DNA of 64,000 bases from Octopus sinensis (GCF_006345805.1 NC_042999.1:131874001-131938000), one strand, 5' to 3'. Shown: positions 25,421 through 38,689, counted from the first letter of the stretch. The notes: generated by a model from the letters alone, not told the origin. Numbers and translations are program-made.

Positions 25421-26913
25421 GATAGGAAGGGCATTTAGAGCCCTAGAAACTATGCCAAAAAGTGGAATATATGACAAGACATGGAACCTAATTCACCTCG
25501 GAAAGCAGTAACTCTGAATAACTACTGACTTAGACTAGCAGAATCTGTCCTGTCCATGCCAGAATGTAAAAGCAGATGTAAAAATGATGATGATTTTTAT
25601 ACTCCTGCCTCTTGCCTCATGTACTTTATGGTCAACTCTTGATTCTTTCCACTATCTGAGAAAGATGCTTTTGGTCATGTACTTTATTTGATACCATCAA
25701 TGTCATGAAGCTAGCAGTTATAAAAATAGCTCAGTACTCTTATTGGATTCCTTTATTTTTGTGTGTAGATTATGATTTAGATTGAATTGAGACTAACTCT
25801 GCCTTGTAAAATCCAAAATCTTTTTGATTCTGTGGTGCAGTCAGATCAAGCAAAAAATTGCTGATATATTTTACAAGGAAAATTTAAAATAAGAACCTTT
25901 TTAATGTTAAAACTTTAAAAAAAAAACTTTAAAAAAGTAAAGTAAACTATTGTTTTATTTACTAAACCTACCTATAACAGAATTATCAGTAACATGTTTT
26001 TTCAAGATGCTAAAAAATTAGGTTGGATTTTCTAAATCCTTAAATGATATTTTAAAAAAATCTGTGGCACACTAAGACACCTCTTGTGCTACACTGTTTT
26101 TGAACCACTATTTTATTAGTTAACCATTTATACAATAAAATATTAATGTGGGTTATAATATAAGTGGAATGCTACAGCTGCCAAGAATGTCTCCACTTCA
26201 GGTGCAGCTTACTTTCAAATACATCTGACTATTATGAAACTGATAGTCAGCCAAAGATAACATTACAAATGAAGAAGAAGGAAAAGACCCAGAAAAATTA
26301 TCTGAATGCTGGAGTGGGAAGCTACCAATGATGTTTCCATAGACTTAGGCTTCAGTTTTTTTTTTCTTTTGTCTTGTCTGTAGAGTCTGTTCATCATTTA
26401 ATGGTCATTGTCCATGCTGGTTTGGGTTGGACAGTTTGACCAGAGCTGGCAAGCTGAGGAACTGCACCATACTCCAGTCTGATTTGGCATGGTTTCTACA
26501 GCTGGATGCCCTTCCTAATACCAATCACTTCACAGAATGTGCTGAGTGCTTTTATGTGACACCAGACGGGTGCTTTTACATGGTGCTACATGGGCACTTT
26601 TATGTGGAACCACCTGGATGCTCTTACATGGCACTGCATGGATGCTCTATATGACACCATCAGAAAGGCCAGTCTTAACACTTTTGCTGCAGAAAATGGG
26701 GCTTCTTGAGTACAGCAAGGTGCCAGGCTTCTTGGTCCTTTGTCATCTTGCCTGAAAGGTTCAGCACCCTGAGGTCATTCTTCAGTACTTCATCTTATAT
26801 CTTCCTGGGTCTTCCACTTCTACATGTTCCATCTACTTTTAGAGATTGTCACTTCATCATGGAGCTGTCAGCATCCATCTGCATCACAAAACTGAAGTTT
26901 GGTATTTGTTCTA

Positions 26914-27345
26914 ATTCTTTAGCATTTAACCCTTTAACATTCAGATTACTCTGTCAAATATGTTTATTTGCATCGTTTTAAATTAATCATGCATTATCTC
27001 ATAACTTCAAGATTTCGATGATGTGGTTGTTTATTTTTAGAATAACATTGTAGGGAAGGTGTAAGAGGCTTGATCTGGATTGTTTGAATATAAAATAGGT
27101 AGAATATGTGGACCAGATATGGCTGTTTGAATGCTAAAAGGTTAAACTGCCCATATTTAGTTCAAATATTCTACTTGTTTTCTGTTCAAACTGGCCAGAT
27201 CTGGCCTCTTACATCTACCCTACAATGTCATGCTAAACGTAAATCACATCACTGAAATCTCAAAGCTACGAGATAATACATAATCAACTCAAAACAATGT
27301 TGATAAATAAGCATTGCATTTGACAGTAATCTGAATGCTAAAGGG
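26914..27345. mobile_element. family A MITE inserted in opposite orientation into another family A copy at its subterminal TTAA
   Basis: Inner copy 26930-27141 between TTAA at 26926-29 and 27142-45; the outer remainder 27146-27345 is its reverse complement. Confidence 0.85.
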
Positions 27346-27505
27346 TTAAGCTTTCTCTTGTGACGGTTGTCACTTATAAGGGTTTGAGACATTTTGATAC
27401 AGCTGTTTTAAGTACTGTCCCTGTGACCTTTTAGCATTGTAAAATTTTTGTTTTTATCCTAAACAGCAACTCAACTTCGTTTAGCTTTCTGCTTCACTTT
27501 ATGTA

Positions 27506-28383
27506 TGTGGTCTGATCAATAAGTATCCGGACTGTTGCCATAGTAACAAAGCTAAAGCACATGGAGTGAAGCCGCTTGGCACAGATTGACCTTGAACTCA
27601 GCTGTGCATGCACACTAAGTTTTAACATTCTAGCTCACTTTTGCTATTTACAGCAGTGCTTGGAAGGAAGGTGTGTAGCATATGAGTGTCATATTGACCA
27701 TGACAGAAAACATTGAGTAGAGAATCTGCATCAAATTTTGCAAAAAGTTTGGTAATACCAGCTCAGAGGCCTACGCAAAGTTTTCATCATTCCGACACGA
27801 AGCGATCTTGTGCAACTGAAACCTGAGTGTCTTTTTGGTCAGCTGAAAGCAGTTTTGGCACAAACTTGGCAGACACGCTTCTCATACCCAAATCTTCAGT
27901 GATAATGGACTGAACTGAACCGTAACTAATCTGCACATCCTCTGACAACTCATGGATGGTAATTCAATGATTTCCCCTCACAGTTGCTCATAATTTGCAA
28001 TATTTTTCTCAGTTCTGCCGGTTGCAAGTCTCCCAGAACATTGGTCATTATCGACATTTATTTGACCATCTTGGAAACGTCTGAACCACTCATACACTTG
28101 TGTGTGGTTCATACACTCCTCTCCATACACTTTCTGCAACTTTGCGTAGGCCTCTGAGCAGGTATCACCATGACAACTTTCTTTGTCATGGTTAATGCGA
28201 CAATTACGAGCTACACACCTTCCTTCCAAGCACTGCTGTAAATAGTGGAAGTGAGCTAGACCATTAAAACTTAGTGTACATGCACAGCAGAGTTCAAGGT
28301 CAATCTTTGCCAAGTGGCTTCATTCTGTGTGCTTTATCTTTCTTACTATGGCAATAGTCCGGATATTTATTGATCAGACCTCG
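27506..28383. mobile_element. foldback mariner derivative: two 5' ends joined in inverted orientation
   Basis: TA at 27504-05 and 28384-85. Arms 27506-27782 and 28138-28383 are reverse complements. The - strand encodes a mariner N-terminus (SEAYAKLQKVYGEECM...VYEWFRRF...GMRSVSAKFVPKLLS). Confidence 0.9.
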
Positions 28384-28599
28384 TATAATTTTCTCACAAT
28401 GGATTTCTGAACATCTTTTTACAAAATCTGACTGAATTTCAATTTTGGCACTGTGTGCAGAAAAATCAATAAGAGAGAAAAACATTATGATCCCAGTTGC
28501 TACAAACATCTCCCGTCTTCTCTCTCTCCCCCCCTCTCTCTTTCTCATCAAAACTTGTTCAGTGTCAGCAATGTCAAATTGCTAGCGTCCAAACAACTG

Positions 28600-29150
28600 T
28601 GCCCAATCCTCACATATACCTAGAACTCATAGTTATAAACTCTTCAGTCCTCATAGTGTCATGGTCAGCCACTTCAGTTTAGCCAATATTGTTTCAAAAC
28701 CCACATTCTACAGTAGGCACAAATACAAACATACACAGCCTTACACCCCAACCTGTAACTGTCAATATCCTATCAACTGCCCACTAGGAAGATCCTGTCT
28801 CAAAAGTTGTAATCTATAGAGCCACCCTCACATCTGATGGCATCACAAGACACTACACAGGCATGAGAGTCAGTAACTTTAAGAGATGGTATGCACAGCA
28901 CATGCAGTCCTTCAGATGTATGAATACAGAACACTCCACCTCCCTGTCCTGCTTCGTTTGAAGATTGTGGCCATCGAAATGACTTCCCATCAAATGGATT
29001 ATTCCTAACAGGCCCCTTTTTTATTCACTTGGAGCTTGTAATTGCCAATTCTGTCTTCATGGGAGACTACACATTCTCCACCAACCTGTAGTATCTATTA
29101 ATAGGGAGATTGAACTGTTATGTTGTTACCACCAGAGGTACACCTGGTTG
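28600..29150 (+). pseudogene. Penelope-like element relic (GIY-YIG endonuclease region)
   Basis: Degenerate translation CNCQYPINCPLGRSCL, VIYRATL, HYTGM, NFKRWYAQHMQSFR, EHSTSLS matches the PLE C-terminal pattern. Confidence 0.75.
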
Positions 29151-29768
29151 CTTACAACCTTGACATACTGCCCTAGGCCTAGCTGACCCTCACACAAGGG
29201 CAGGGTATTTAGTCCCTGCCATCAATATAGACAACAATTCATGGTCATGCAATCTTAGGGAAATAACTCAAAATAGGCAATAGCTTGAATTTAAACAACT
29301 AAGTTGAAGAATGATGTTCTGAATGACATGTCAAAATTGCAAAGCCCAAATCTACAAAATACTTTTTATGTGTAAATGAATTGAATGGGGCAATGGGAAA
29401 TGAAGTGTTTTGTTCAAGAACACAATGCATTGCCCAGTCCAAGAATTGAAACCATGATCTTACAATCATGAGTCCTCCATAACCACTATGCCATGTGCCT
29501 CCACATCAGGGCCTACAGCACTACATACACATATTAATATTATGTGGGTAGTTAGGGTCAGTCCCAGCCATTTCATCTTGAAGCACATCTGTTTATTCTT
29601 GTATTATAATCCAGTATGAAAACTCAGTTGTGATCTAGGTCAATTCTGTGCAGAGATCAAGGTCAATTCTGTGTTTGTATGGAAACTCAGTGTGTTAGTG
29701 CAAAATACCATTAAACTTGAGAATTATGGAAATATTATTTGCAGAGTTACCGTAATAACAAAATTTGA

Positions 29769-29950
29769 AATTTTTTGGTGCTATTTATTCACCATTACAT
29801 GTGTTTCATTTGCTAATAGGAATTACAAAATTTTACATGTAAAAAAATTTCCTATTAGTTCTTCAGACAGAGAAATTTAATTTCACTATTTTTATAATTC
29901 CTATTAGCAAATGAAACACATCTAATGGTGAATAAATAATACCAAAATTT
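29769..29950. repeat. inverted repeat with ~62-bp arms and ~58-bp spacer, probably part of a larger DNA-transposon relic (~29.55-30.7 kb)
   Basis: tatttattcaccattacatgtgtttcatttgctaataggaatta pairs with taattcctattagcaaatgaaacacatctaatggtgaataaata. Confidence 0.8.
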
Positions 29951-31009
29951 TTCCAATCTCTTGGTTTATATACTTGCTGAGCAACCAGTCATTGCCTGAT
30001 AATTTTCACAATAGAATGTCTTGGTGAATTTTTGAAAAGCCCACCCACATAAGTTGGATTTTTCTCTGTTTTGACAGGAATTTTTCTTTCACCACACCCT
30101 AGCAAATTATACGGAGGGTGGGTTTTTTATGAAGAAAAGTTTTGAAATTTTATGAATTTTTCAAACCCCACTCCCCAACACAGAACCGATTTTGGCCAAT
30201 GTTTATTTCACATTACGCACTTAAAACAATGGGAGAGGGAGGACATAGGTTAGAAAAAAGAAAAAAATTAGGAAATTACAACCCCTGTGTCCTTTATTTT
30301 CAAACAGAAAATGTAATGTAACTTAAAAACAATAGTGAAATTTTTTGAAATGTTTTCATTAACCCTAGCCCTTTCCTGTAAATCCTAAAATTTTGTCTTT
30401 TTTCCAAAATTTTTCTTTTAACCATAGTTTCAAAGTACGGACAGTCCAAATCTACAGTTTGTTTTTGTTTACAATTTCAAAATAATTTTCAGGCAAAAAG
30501 GTGATTTAAGGGCATATATATTTCTAGCACATCCCACAACCACCTGGTACCTTCCTCGTTTCTTTGTCACTCTGACATGTATTGATGTTGTTGAAATTTT
30601 TTCCCCCCATAAACACATTTTATGGAAAGATGATGTGGTTGTCCATTGCTGGAATTTAAAAAAACAACAAAAATTTATTTAGGTCCTTAATCCCACCCTG
30701 AATCAAGTGAGCCCGTGTGTGTGTGTGTATAAGAAAAAATATATTTACTAAAATATATTATATTTTACATACCTTTTTTTAAATCACTGAGCCTTAATGA
30801 AATTCCTTAAGCACGTGCATGCGTGCACACACACACACACACAAACACACAACATGATGTGAGTGATATGCTTTTATAGAGAGTAAAAAAGTTTGCTATG
30901 AGAAAATGAAAGAGATGGAGAGAGAAAGAGATAAACAGACAGATCCTCTCTGTCGCTGTCACAAATTTTGAAATTTTAACAATAAATGAAAATGTTTAGA
31001 TTTGGTATA

Positions 31010-31750
31010 TTGATGTACTTTTTCATGATGAATACTAAAGAGTAAATTTATTCAATAAAATTGCCATTGGCTTCAACCATGGCCTCCAGATGACTTCTGG
31101 ATGGTCTCTTTGTTTAAGTTGGTGAACGCTGCCATAATCCTTGCCTTCAGTTCATCTTTGATGTTACGAGGAGTTTTGTTGGTCTCTTACTCAACTGTGC
31201 CCCACACATAATAATCAAGGGGGTTGCTGTCTGAGGAGTTAGGTGATGTGGTCACAGAAATTGTCTGACAGCCATAACTGGGTTTTCTTGCTTGTGTGGC
31301 ATGGTGCAAAGTCCTGTTGCCAGACAGAGTCTTCCAGCAGCCACCCTCTTTACCCAGGGCAGCACTGCCTCCTCCAGGAACTTAATGTAGGCCTTTGTGT
31401 TTAGTCTAAGGTTGTGTGGGAAGATGAATGGAAGCATAACATCCTCATCACTAGTGATCACTCCAAACACCGTGATGTTGACTGGATGTTTGATTTTTTA
31501 TCACTCTCAGTACATGTCCTCAGATCGACACCAAATCACTCTGATGTTTGTACTGGAGCTTCCAGCACAAATGCCAAAGAGTGCAGCATGTCGTTTCTAA
31601 ATTTCTGGCAGAGTGAATTGCATCATGGTGCTGTTTTTATCACAGACAGTACCCAGCTGACCCTACTATACTGTATAGTCAACAAAATCCAAAACAAACA
31701 ATGTGCATGTGTCAAATTAAATATATAAAATGGTGATAATTTATGGTACT
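31010..31750 (-). mobile_element. internally deleted mariner-like element, probably DD37D/maT; ends approximate
   Basis: - strand VFGVITSDEDVMLPFIFP, DSAPCHTSKKTQLWLSDNFCDHI, and DSNPLDYYVWG. A small deletion removes the WPP segment. Confidence 0.75.
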
Positions 31751-32487
31751 TGAACAGGCATATTTATAAAATGCACTATGTATCTTAAACCAAGATACAT
31801 GTGTGTGTGCGTATTATCATAATTTAATGTCTACTTTCCCATGCTTGCATGAGTCAGATATGTAAGTATACATAATTATGCATATTAGGAGTAATTCTTG
31901 TGATATATTTGCATCAGTAAATATGTATATATGGTTCTTTGCATGCTAATCTGCTTCTGTTGGGATGGGCATTAATTAGCAAATGAACGGCCATCTAAGA
32001 TGATAAATCATTGAGACATCATACTGATTTCTCTATGACCTGATAGCCTGGACTGTAAATCTTAAGTCCTCCATTCAGAGACTCAGTGACAGCACACTCT
32101 TGTATCGTTACGATAAGACATTCTTCATCACATTAGAAAGTATAAAGGCTAATTACCTAACCTAATTTAACACAGTTGTTGTTGTTGATACAGCAACACT
32201 GTCAGCAATCCAATACAAATACTAGATTATAAAGAATTACGCAATCTCTGAAGATTTGAAAATACATTTATATTATATGATCTTTATATGACTGACATTT
32301 TTTCATTGTTAATGAAACATGCATGAGATGATGTAACTAAATATTGTGTAAACAAACTCTCCTATTTTGTTGCACATGCACGCATATACACACAAATACA
32401 TATATGTATATATATATGTATTCACACAGTTTCAGGGAGAGAAAATAAAAAATGTGTAGTGGCTAGCGATCTATCATGGCGAATCAA

Positions 32488-32522
<35 letters not shown>

Positions 32523-32532
32523 CGTACACATA

Positions 32533-32902
32533 GGTGCAGGAGTGGCTGTGTGGTAAGAAGCTTGCTTTCCAACCACATGGTTCCGGGTTCAGTCCCACTG
32601 TGTGGCACCTTGGGCAAGTGTCTTCTACTTTTGCCTCAGGCCGACCAAAGCCTTGTGAGTGGATTTGGTAGAAGGAAACTGAAAGAAGTCTGTTGTGTAT
32701 ATATGTATTTGCATGTCTGTGTTTGTCCCCCCACCATTAACAACACAACGTTGGTGTGTTTACATCCCCATAATTTACCGGTTTGGTGAAAGAGACCAAT
32801 TGAATAGGTACTAGGCTTGCAAAGAATAAGTCCTGGGGTCGATTTGGGCAACTAAAAGGTGGTGCTCTATGGCTGCAGCCAAAATGACTAAAGCAAGTAA
32901 AA
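32533..32902 (+). mobile_element. tRNA-derived SINE family 1
   Basis: Head and tail as above; flanked by (TA)n and (TACA)n. Confidence 0.9.
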
Positions 32903-33821
32903 GAATATATAATATATACGCACACACACATATATATATATATGCATACATACATACATACATACATACATACATACATACATACATACATACATGCATA
33001 CAACAGACATAATTTAAAATTACTAGCTCAAGGTGTCTTTAGTTTGAGTTACTCCATCACTGTTCAATAAAATGACAACTCAAGTAATCAGTTCGTTTAA
33101 GTTTTCCTATCAAAGAACTATAAGTTCACACACATACAGCAGTGTATGTTCTCTTTTACTGGTTTTAGTCATTGGACATTGGGTATGTAGGGATTCTGCA
33201 GTAATCAAATTGACCCCAGTCATACACACACACATATGTACTTATGATAGCAGAGATGTACATATTTCATCCCTCACAATTTTGTGCCACCAGTTTCTGC
33301 TCTCCTTGGAGCCAGTTCCTCGTGTCTTCGTTGTCTTCTGCTAATTTCAGTTATTGGACTGGAGCCATGTGGGGGCACCTCCTTGAAGAATTTTAGTTGA
33401 ACTTTTTTTCAGTTGGGTACTTATACTATCAGTCTTTTGTGCCAAACTGCTAAGATTCAAGGACATAAACACACCAACACTGGTTGTCAAGTGATGGTGG
33501 TGTATGTATGTATGTATAATAGATGCAAATGTGATGGTGTGGTAAGAAGTCTGCTCTCAATCACATGGTTCTGAGTTCAGTCCCTGTGTGTGGCACCTTG
33601 GACAAGTGTCATCCACTAGAGCTCTGGACTGCCCAAAGCCTTGTGAATAGATTTAGTAGAAGGAAACAGAAAGAAATCCAACATGTGTGTACCTTTGTGT
33701 CTATGTTTGTCTTCAACCACCACCACTTGACAACCAGTGTTGGTGTGTTTATGTCCTTGAATCTTATCGGACTTCTTTAAGTTGTGTGTTTATATATGTA
33801 TATATATATATATACACACAG

Positions 33822-33869
<48 letters not shown>

Positions 33870-33876
<7 letters not shown>

Positions 33877-35231
33877 CATACATACATATATATGGCACAG
33901 GAGTGGCTGTGTGGTAAGTAGCTTGCTTACCAACCACATGGTTCCGGGTTCAGTCCCACTGCGTGGCACCTTGGGCAAGTGTCTTCTGCTATAGCTCCGG
34001 GCTAACCAATGCCTTGTGATTGGATTTGGTAGACGGAAACTGAAAGAAGCCTGTCGTATATATTTATATATATATGTGTGCGTGTATGTTTGTGTGTCTG
34101 TGTTTGTCCCCCTAGCATTGCTTGACAACCGATGCTGGTGTATTTATGTCCCCGTCACTTAGCGGTTCGGCAAAAAGACCGATAGAATAAGTCCCGGGGT
34201 CGTGTTGCTCGATTAAAGGCGGTGCTCCAGCATGGCTGCAGTCAAATGACTGAAACAAGTAAAAGAGTAAAAGAGTATCTGTGTGTGTAGATAGATAGAT
34301 AAATGCATAGATTCTGTGTGGTATGGTTTTTGCAAGTAGTATGATATTCAATCAACTATGAGAGTGAACTTTCAATAACATACATTTTTTATGATCTTCA
34401 TCAAACATTTACATTGATATTACTATCTATCCATGTGAAACTCAATGAAATTTCTATGAACATTTGATGGTTTAAACATGTTTGTCTAATTTTTACCTTG
34501 GAATTTTAAACTCTCCTAAAACTCCATTTTCATATATATATATATAATATATATATATATATATACATACATACATACATATATATGGCACAGGAGTGGC
34601 TGTGTGGTAAGTAGCTTGCTTACCAACCACATGGTTCCGGGTTCAGTCCCACTGCGTGGCACCTTGGGCAAGTGTCTTCTGCTATAGCTCCGGGCTAACC
34701 AATGCCTTGTGATTGGATTTGGTAGACGGAAACTGAAAGAAGCCTGTCGTATATATTTATATATATATGTGTGCGTGTATGTTTGTGTGTCTGTGTTTGT
34801 CCCCCTAGCATTGCTTGACAACCGATGCTGGTGTATTTATGTCCCCGTCACTTAGCGGTTCGGCAAAAAGACCGATAGAATAAGTCCCGGGGTCGTGTTG
34901 CTCGATTAAAGGCGGTGCTCCAGCATGGCTGCAGTCAAATGACTGAAACAAGTAAAAGAGTAAAAGAGTATCTGTGTGTGTAGATAGATAGATAAATGCA
35001 TAGATTCTGTGTGGTATGGTTTTTGCAAGTAGTATGATATTCAATCAACTATGAGAGTGAACTTTCAATAACATACATTTTTTATGATCTTCATCAAACA
35101 TTTACATTGATATTACTATCTATCCATGTGAAACTCAATGAAATTTCTATGAACATTTGATGGTTTAAACATGTTTGTCTAATTTTTACCTTGGAATTTT
35201 AAACTCTCCTAAAACTCCATTTTCATATATA

Positions 35232-35255
<24 letters not shown>
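33870..35255. repeat. apparently identical 693-bp tandem duplication (a SINE plus flanking DNA) bounded by (TA)n
   Basis: tggcacagg at 33893 and 34586; the ORF track gives identical peptides offset by 693 bp. Confidence 0.95.
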
Positions 35256-35277
<22 letters not shown>

Positions 35278-35433
35278 TTATTATTATTATTATTATTTTT
35301 TACAATTTACTTAATCATTGACATTTTATTGTTATTTTAATTTTAATTTTTCTATTGTATGTAATTTTCTAGATGGTGTAATTTAATTGTTCATTTTGAA
35401 TTGATAAAAGGTGGTTTTTTTCTAATTTTTATA

Positions 35434-36595
35434 TCTTTATATATATATAAAACTGAGAATGTGTGTCTGTATGTCTGTCTGTGTGTTTCCCTAAAATTTG
35501 AGAACTTCACAACCAAATTTATTCAAATTTTACACATGCCTTACTTATGGTCTGGGGAGTGTCATCGGCAAAAAAAATTTTGAACTTTTTGCCTAGGGTG
35601 AGCCCACAGCAATATCATATCTTCTTCACTACGATTCCCTAAAACTTGAGAACTACACAACCAATTCCATTCAAATTTTACACATGCCTTACTTAGGGTC
35701 CATGTAGTTTCATGGGCAAAAAAAGTTCAACTTCTTGCCTAGAGTGAACCCAAAGCAATATCATATCTTCTCCACTATTTCAGTATTACGTGTTAAAAGT
35801 GAAACAAAAACGTTTCTCTATTTTATGTCAGATACTTTCACTTTAACAATAAAAATAATAATAACAATAGAATTATATGTAGTAAGTAATAATTAAAATC
35901 AAACTAAAGTAAAAATAGCAATTGGTATAAAATTGCATCAATGATTTGAACTTGAATAAGTGGTTTCACATGAATGGGAATAAATTAAAAATAAAATTAG
36001 CGTGCAGAAATGGAATAGTCCAGATGGATAATAAAAAATTAAAATAAAGAAAAGATTATTGTCTATAAAGTATAAAATGTAGAGAAAAAAGAAGATTTGA
36101 ACACATGGAGGAAAGCACCTTCGAAAAGTGTCTTGGTGCGACTATGAAAGATATCTAATCAGAGGCGGTAAATTCGCCACAATAGAAGCAAGGTTCGAGT
36201 CAACGGAGCGTGCAGGGGAGTACTCGACTCGAACTTGCAAAGTGGAAATATTTTATTTTTACCTTTATATCTGGGACGTAGGACGTCCTGGAAAAGAATT
36301 TTAAATGCCCCCACCCCACCCCCGAAGTAGAGGTAGGCTGGATTGTAACCACACTTCTATACAAGAGGGAGGACAAGATACAATTGATCGAAATTACAAG
36401 AGACGGGCTAACAATTCCAGTCTGTTATATATTTTGAGTATTGTTATCACTAGTGATATCAAGATATAACTTTGTATTTTGTATTTTATGTGTAGATGTA
36501 TATATATAGATGTACATGTAATATGTACACATATATATACACATATATACATGCACTAGCACTATGACCCGGCAACGACGGGTCTTTAATGCTAG
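35434..36595 (+). mobile_element. complete non-autonomous Helitron, 1162 bp
   Basis: A|TC 5' end (TCtttatatatatataaaactgagaatg); GACCCG-gcaacga-CGGGTC hairpin at 36566-36584; CTAG|T 3' end; inserted between A and T without a TSD; internal 148-bp tandem duplication at 35489/35637. Confidence 0.92.
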
Positions 36596-37512
36596 TATAT
36601 ATATATATGTGTGTGTGTGTGTGTGGTGTGTATGTATGTTTGTATATATGTATATATATTTGTATCATTGATAAGTAAAAAATTGTTGAAACTAGTTTGA
36701 TATGTGAATAAATCTATCTAAAAATGTCTACAAGTTTTTCAGCTTCAGGTTCATTTTCAAACCCGAAAACAAATTCTCCTATGCTTTTTCCTGCTTGGGA
36801 ATACATTTCTTTCCATATATATATATATATATTCACATGCAGATTTGCTAATGTGTTTGCATTAGTACTTATATGAAAACATGCTAGGGATGCTCACTAA
36901 TGCTACTCATTCATTTTTTAGCTGTAGGTAACAATTGTCTTATATACAAACCCTACTTGTATATACCTTCTTTACATATTTTTATATGCCTTTATGTAAG
37001 CATGTGTATGTGCAGACATGCATGATTGCATATATATATGTTTGCATTCATATGTAAATGAATTTGTATGTTTACAATATCTATATGCAAATGCTTGTAT
37101 ATGTATATATTTATGTGTGCATATATGTATATTTTTGCATGCATGTATTTGCTTATGAATATGTATGTGTGTGTATACCATATGTAAAATATATATATAC
37201 ACACATGTGTGCACATGCTCAGTTCTGTAGCTATATGTGTGTATGTGTGTGTTTATGTATGATTTATAATTTCCAAGTTAGATTTCTCTTATAATGCAGT
37301 GTGAGGCAATTCAAGCCATAGAGTTTTGGTAACAGGATTAGAATCTACTTCTAATTTCTGTCCTTCTCTCTCTTTCTCTTTCAATCTCTTTATATATTGG
37401 TAAGACACATAAATACACTCTCACTCACATAGTCAAGTCACAATTAAGAGTAGCAGGAGCAGTTACATTGACAATCTACCATGCTTCCTCTCTGTTTGAA
37501 TTATTTCTTTAG

Positions 37513-37515
<3 letters not shown>

Positions 37516-37569
<54 letters not shown>

Positions 37570-37570
37570 A

Positions 37571-37609
<39 letters not shown>

Positions 37610-37610
37610 A
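37516..37610. repeat. (CT)n microsatellite
   Basis: Direct reading. Confidence 0.97.
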
Positions 37611-38689
37611 CACCACACATACTCTGTCTCTGTTGAGCGAGAGAGAAACATGTATGTATATAAATATATATACTGGAATGACTTCTGCTTCAAGAGAAGA
37701 TAAACTAACACATGGCGGCAGTTGCAACCAATTGCAAATGAGATGTAAATATTCTTATGAAGCAAGAATTATCTGGGATTAACTGGTCATTAACCCTTTA
37801 GTATTTAAACCAAAATGTTCTACCTGTTTTATGTTCAAACTGGCCAGGTTCAGTCTTAGGTTCAGTTTCATTGTGTGGCCCCTTGGGCAAGTGTCTTCTA
37901 CTATAACCCAAGCCAACCAATGCTAGTACTTTGCAAGCAAATTTGGTCAATGGAAACTGTGTGAAAGCCCCTCGTGTTTGTGTGTGTGTTTTTTGTGTTT
38001 GTGTATTCCCCATCCAATGCTTAGTTGTTGTTTTTATGTTCCCATAATTCATCAAAAGAGACTGATAGAATAAGTACAAAACTTTAAAATTTACTTTCTG
38101 AGGGTGATTTGTTCGACTAGTGCTTCAGCATGGCCAAAATCAAGTGGCTGAAGCAAGTAATAGATAAGGGTTTTGGAAATTTACAAAAGTTAAGTAACAA
38201 TGAACTAAGGGACAATGAACACAGTAGTCCGTAGCATGAATTTGGATGTGTGTGTTTATAAACTAGAAACCCCTACATAAGTATTACCCTTGCTAGAATT
38301 AGAATTTCCTCGACAGACAGGTCACACAATCACAATGCCAATAAATGGTATATGTACAACAAAACCCACTCGTTAATCAAGAAACCAAGAACTCCTAAAA
38401 AACTTTAACCCCTCCAAAAACTAGAATTTCAGTGAAGGATAGCTTAAAACTTACAAGAACACAAGATATAAAAGGTTCTCAGCCAAAGAAGCACAACAAA
38501 CTTCTTCAATATCAGCTGCCTAATAGATATTATGGTTTTTGACACATAGGCAATAGTACCTGTCAATCCAATAGATGTTAATGGCATTCAGAATGTAAAC
38601 ACTGTCTTAGAATTTATACATATATATATAAATTATATATTTATATATCTATAGATCGGGTCGTGTGCCAGCGGGGCGGAAAATTGTAA

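Noticed and set aside
36486-37294. His/Ile/Tyr-rich ORFs
   Set aside because: Translations of degenerate (TA/TG/CA)n microsatellite.
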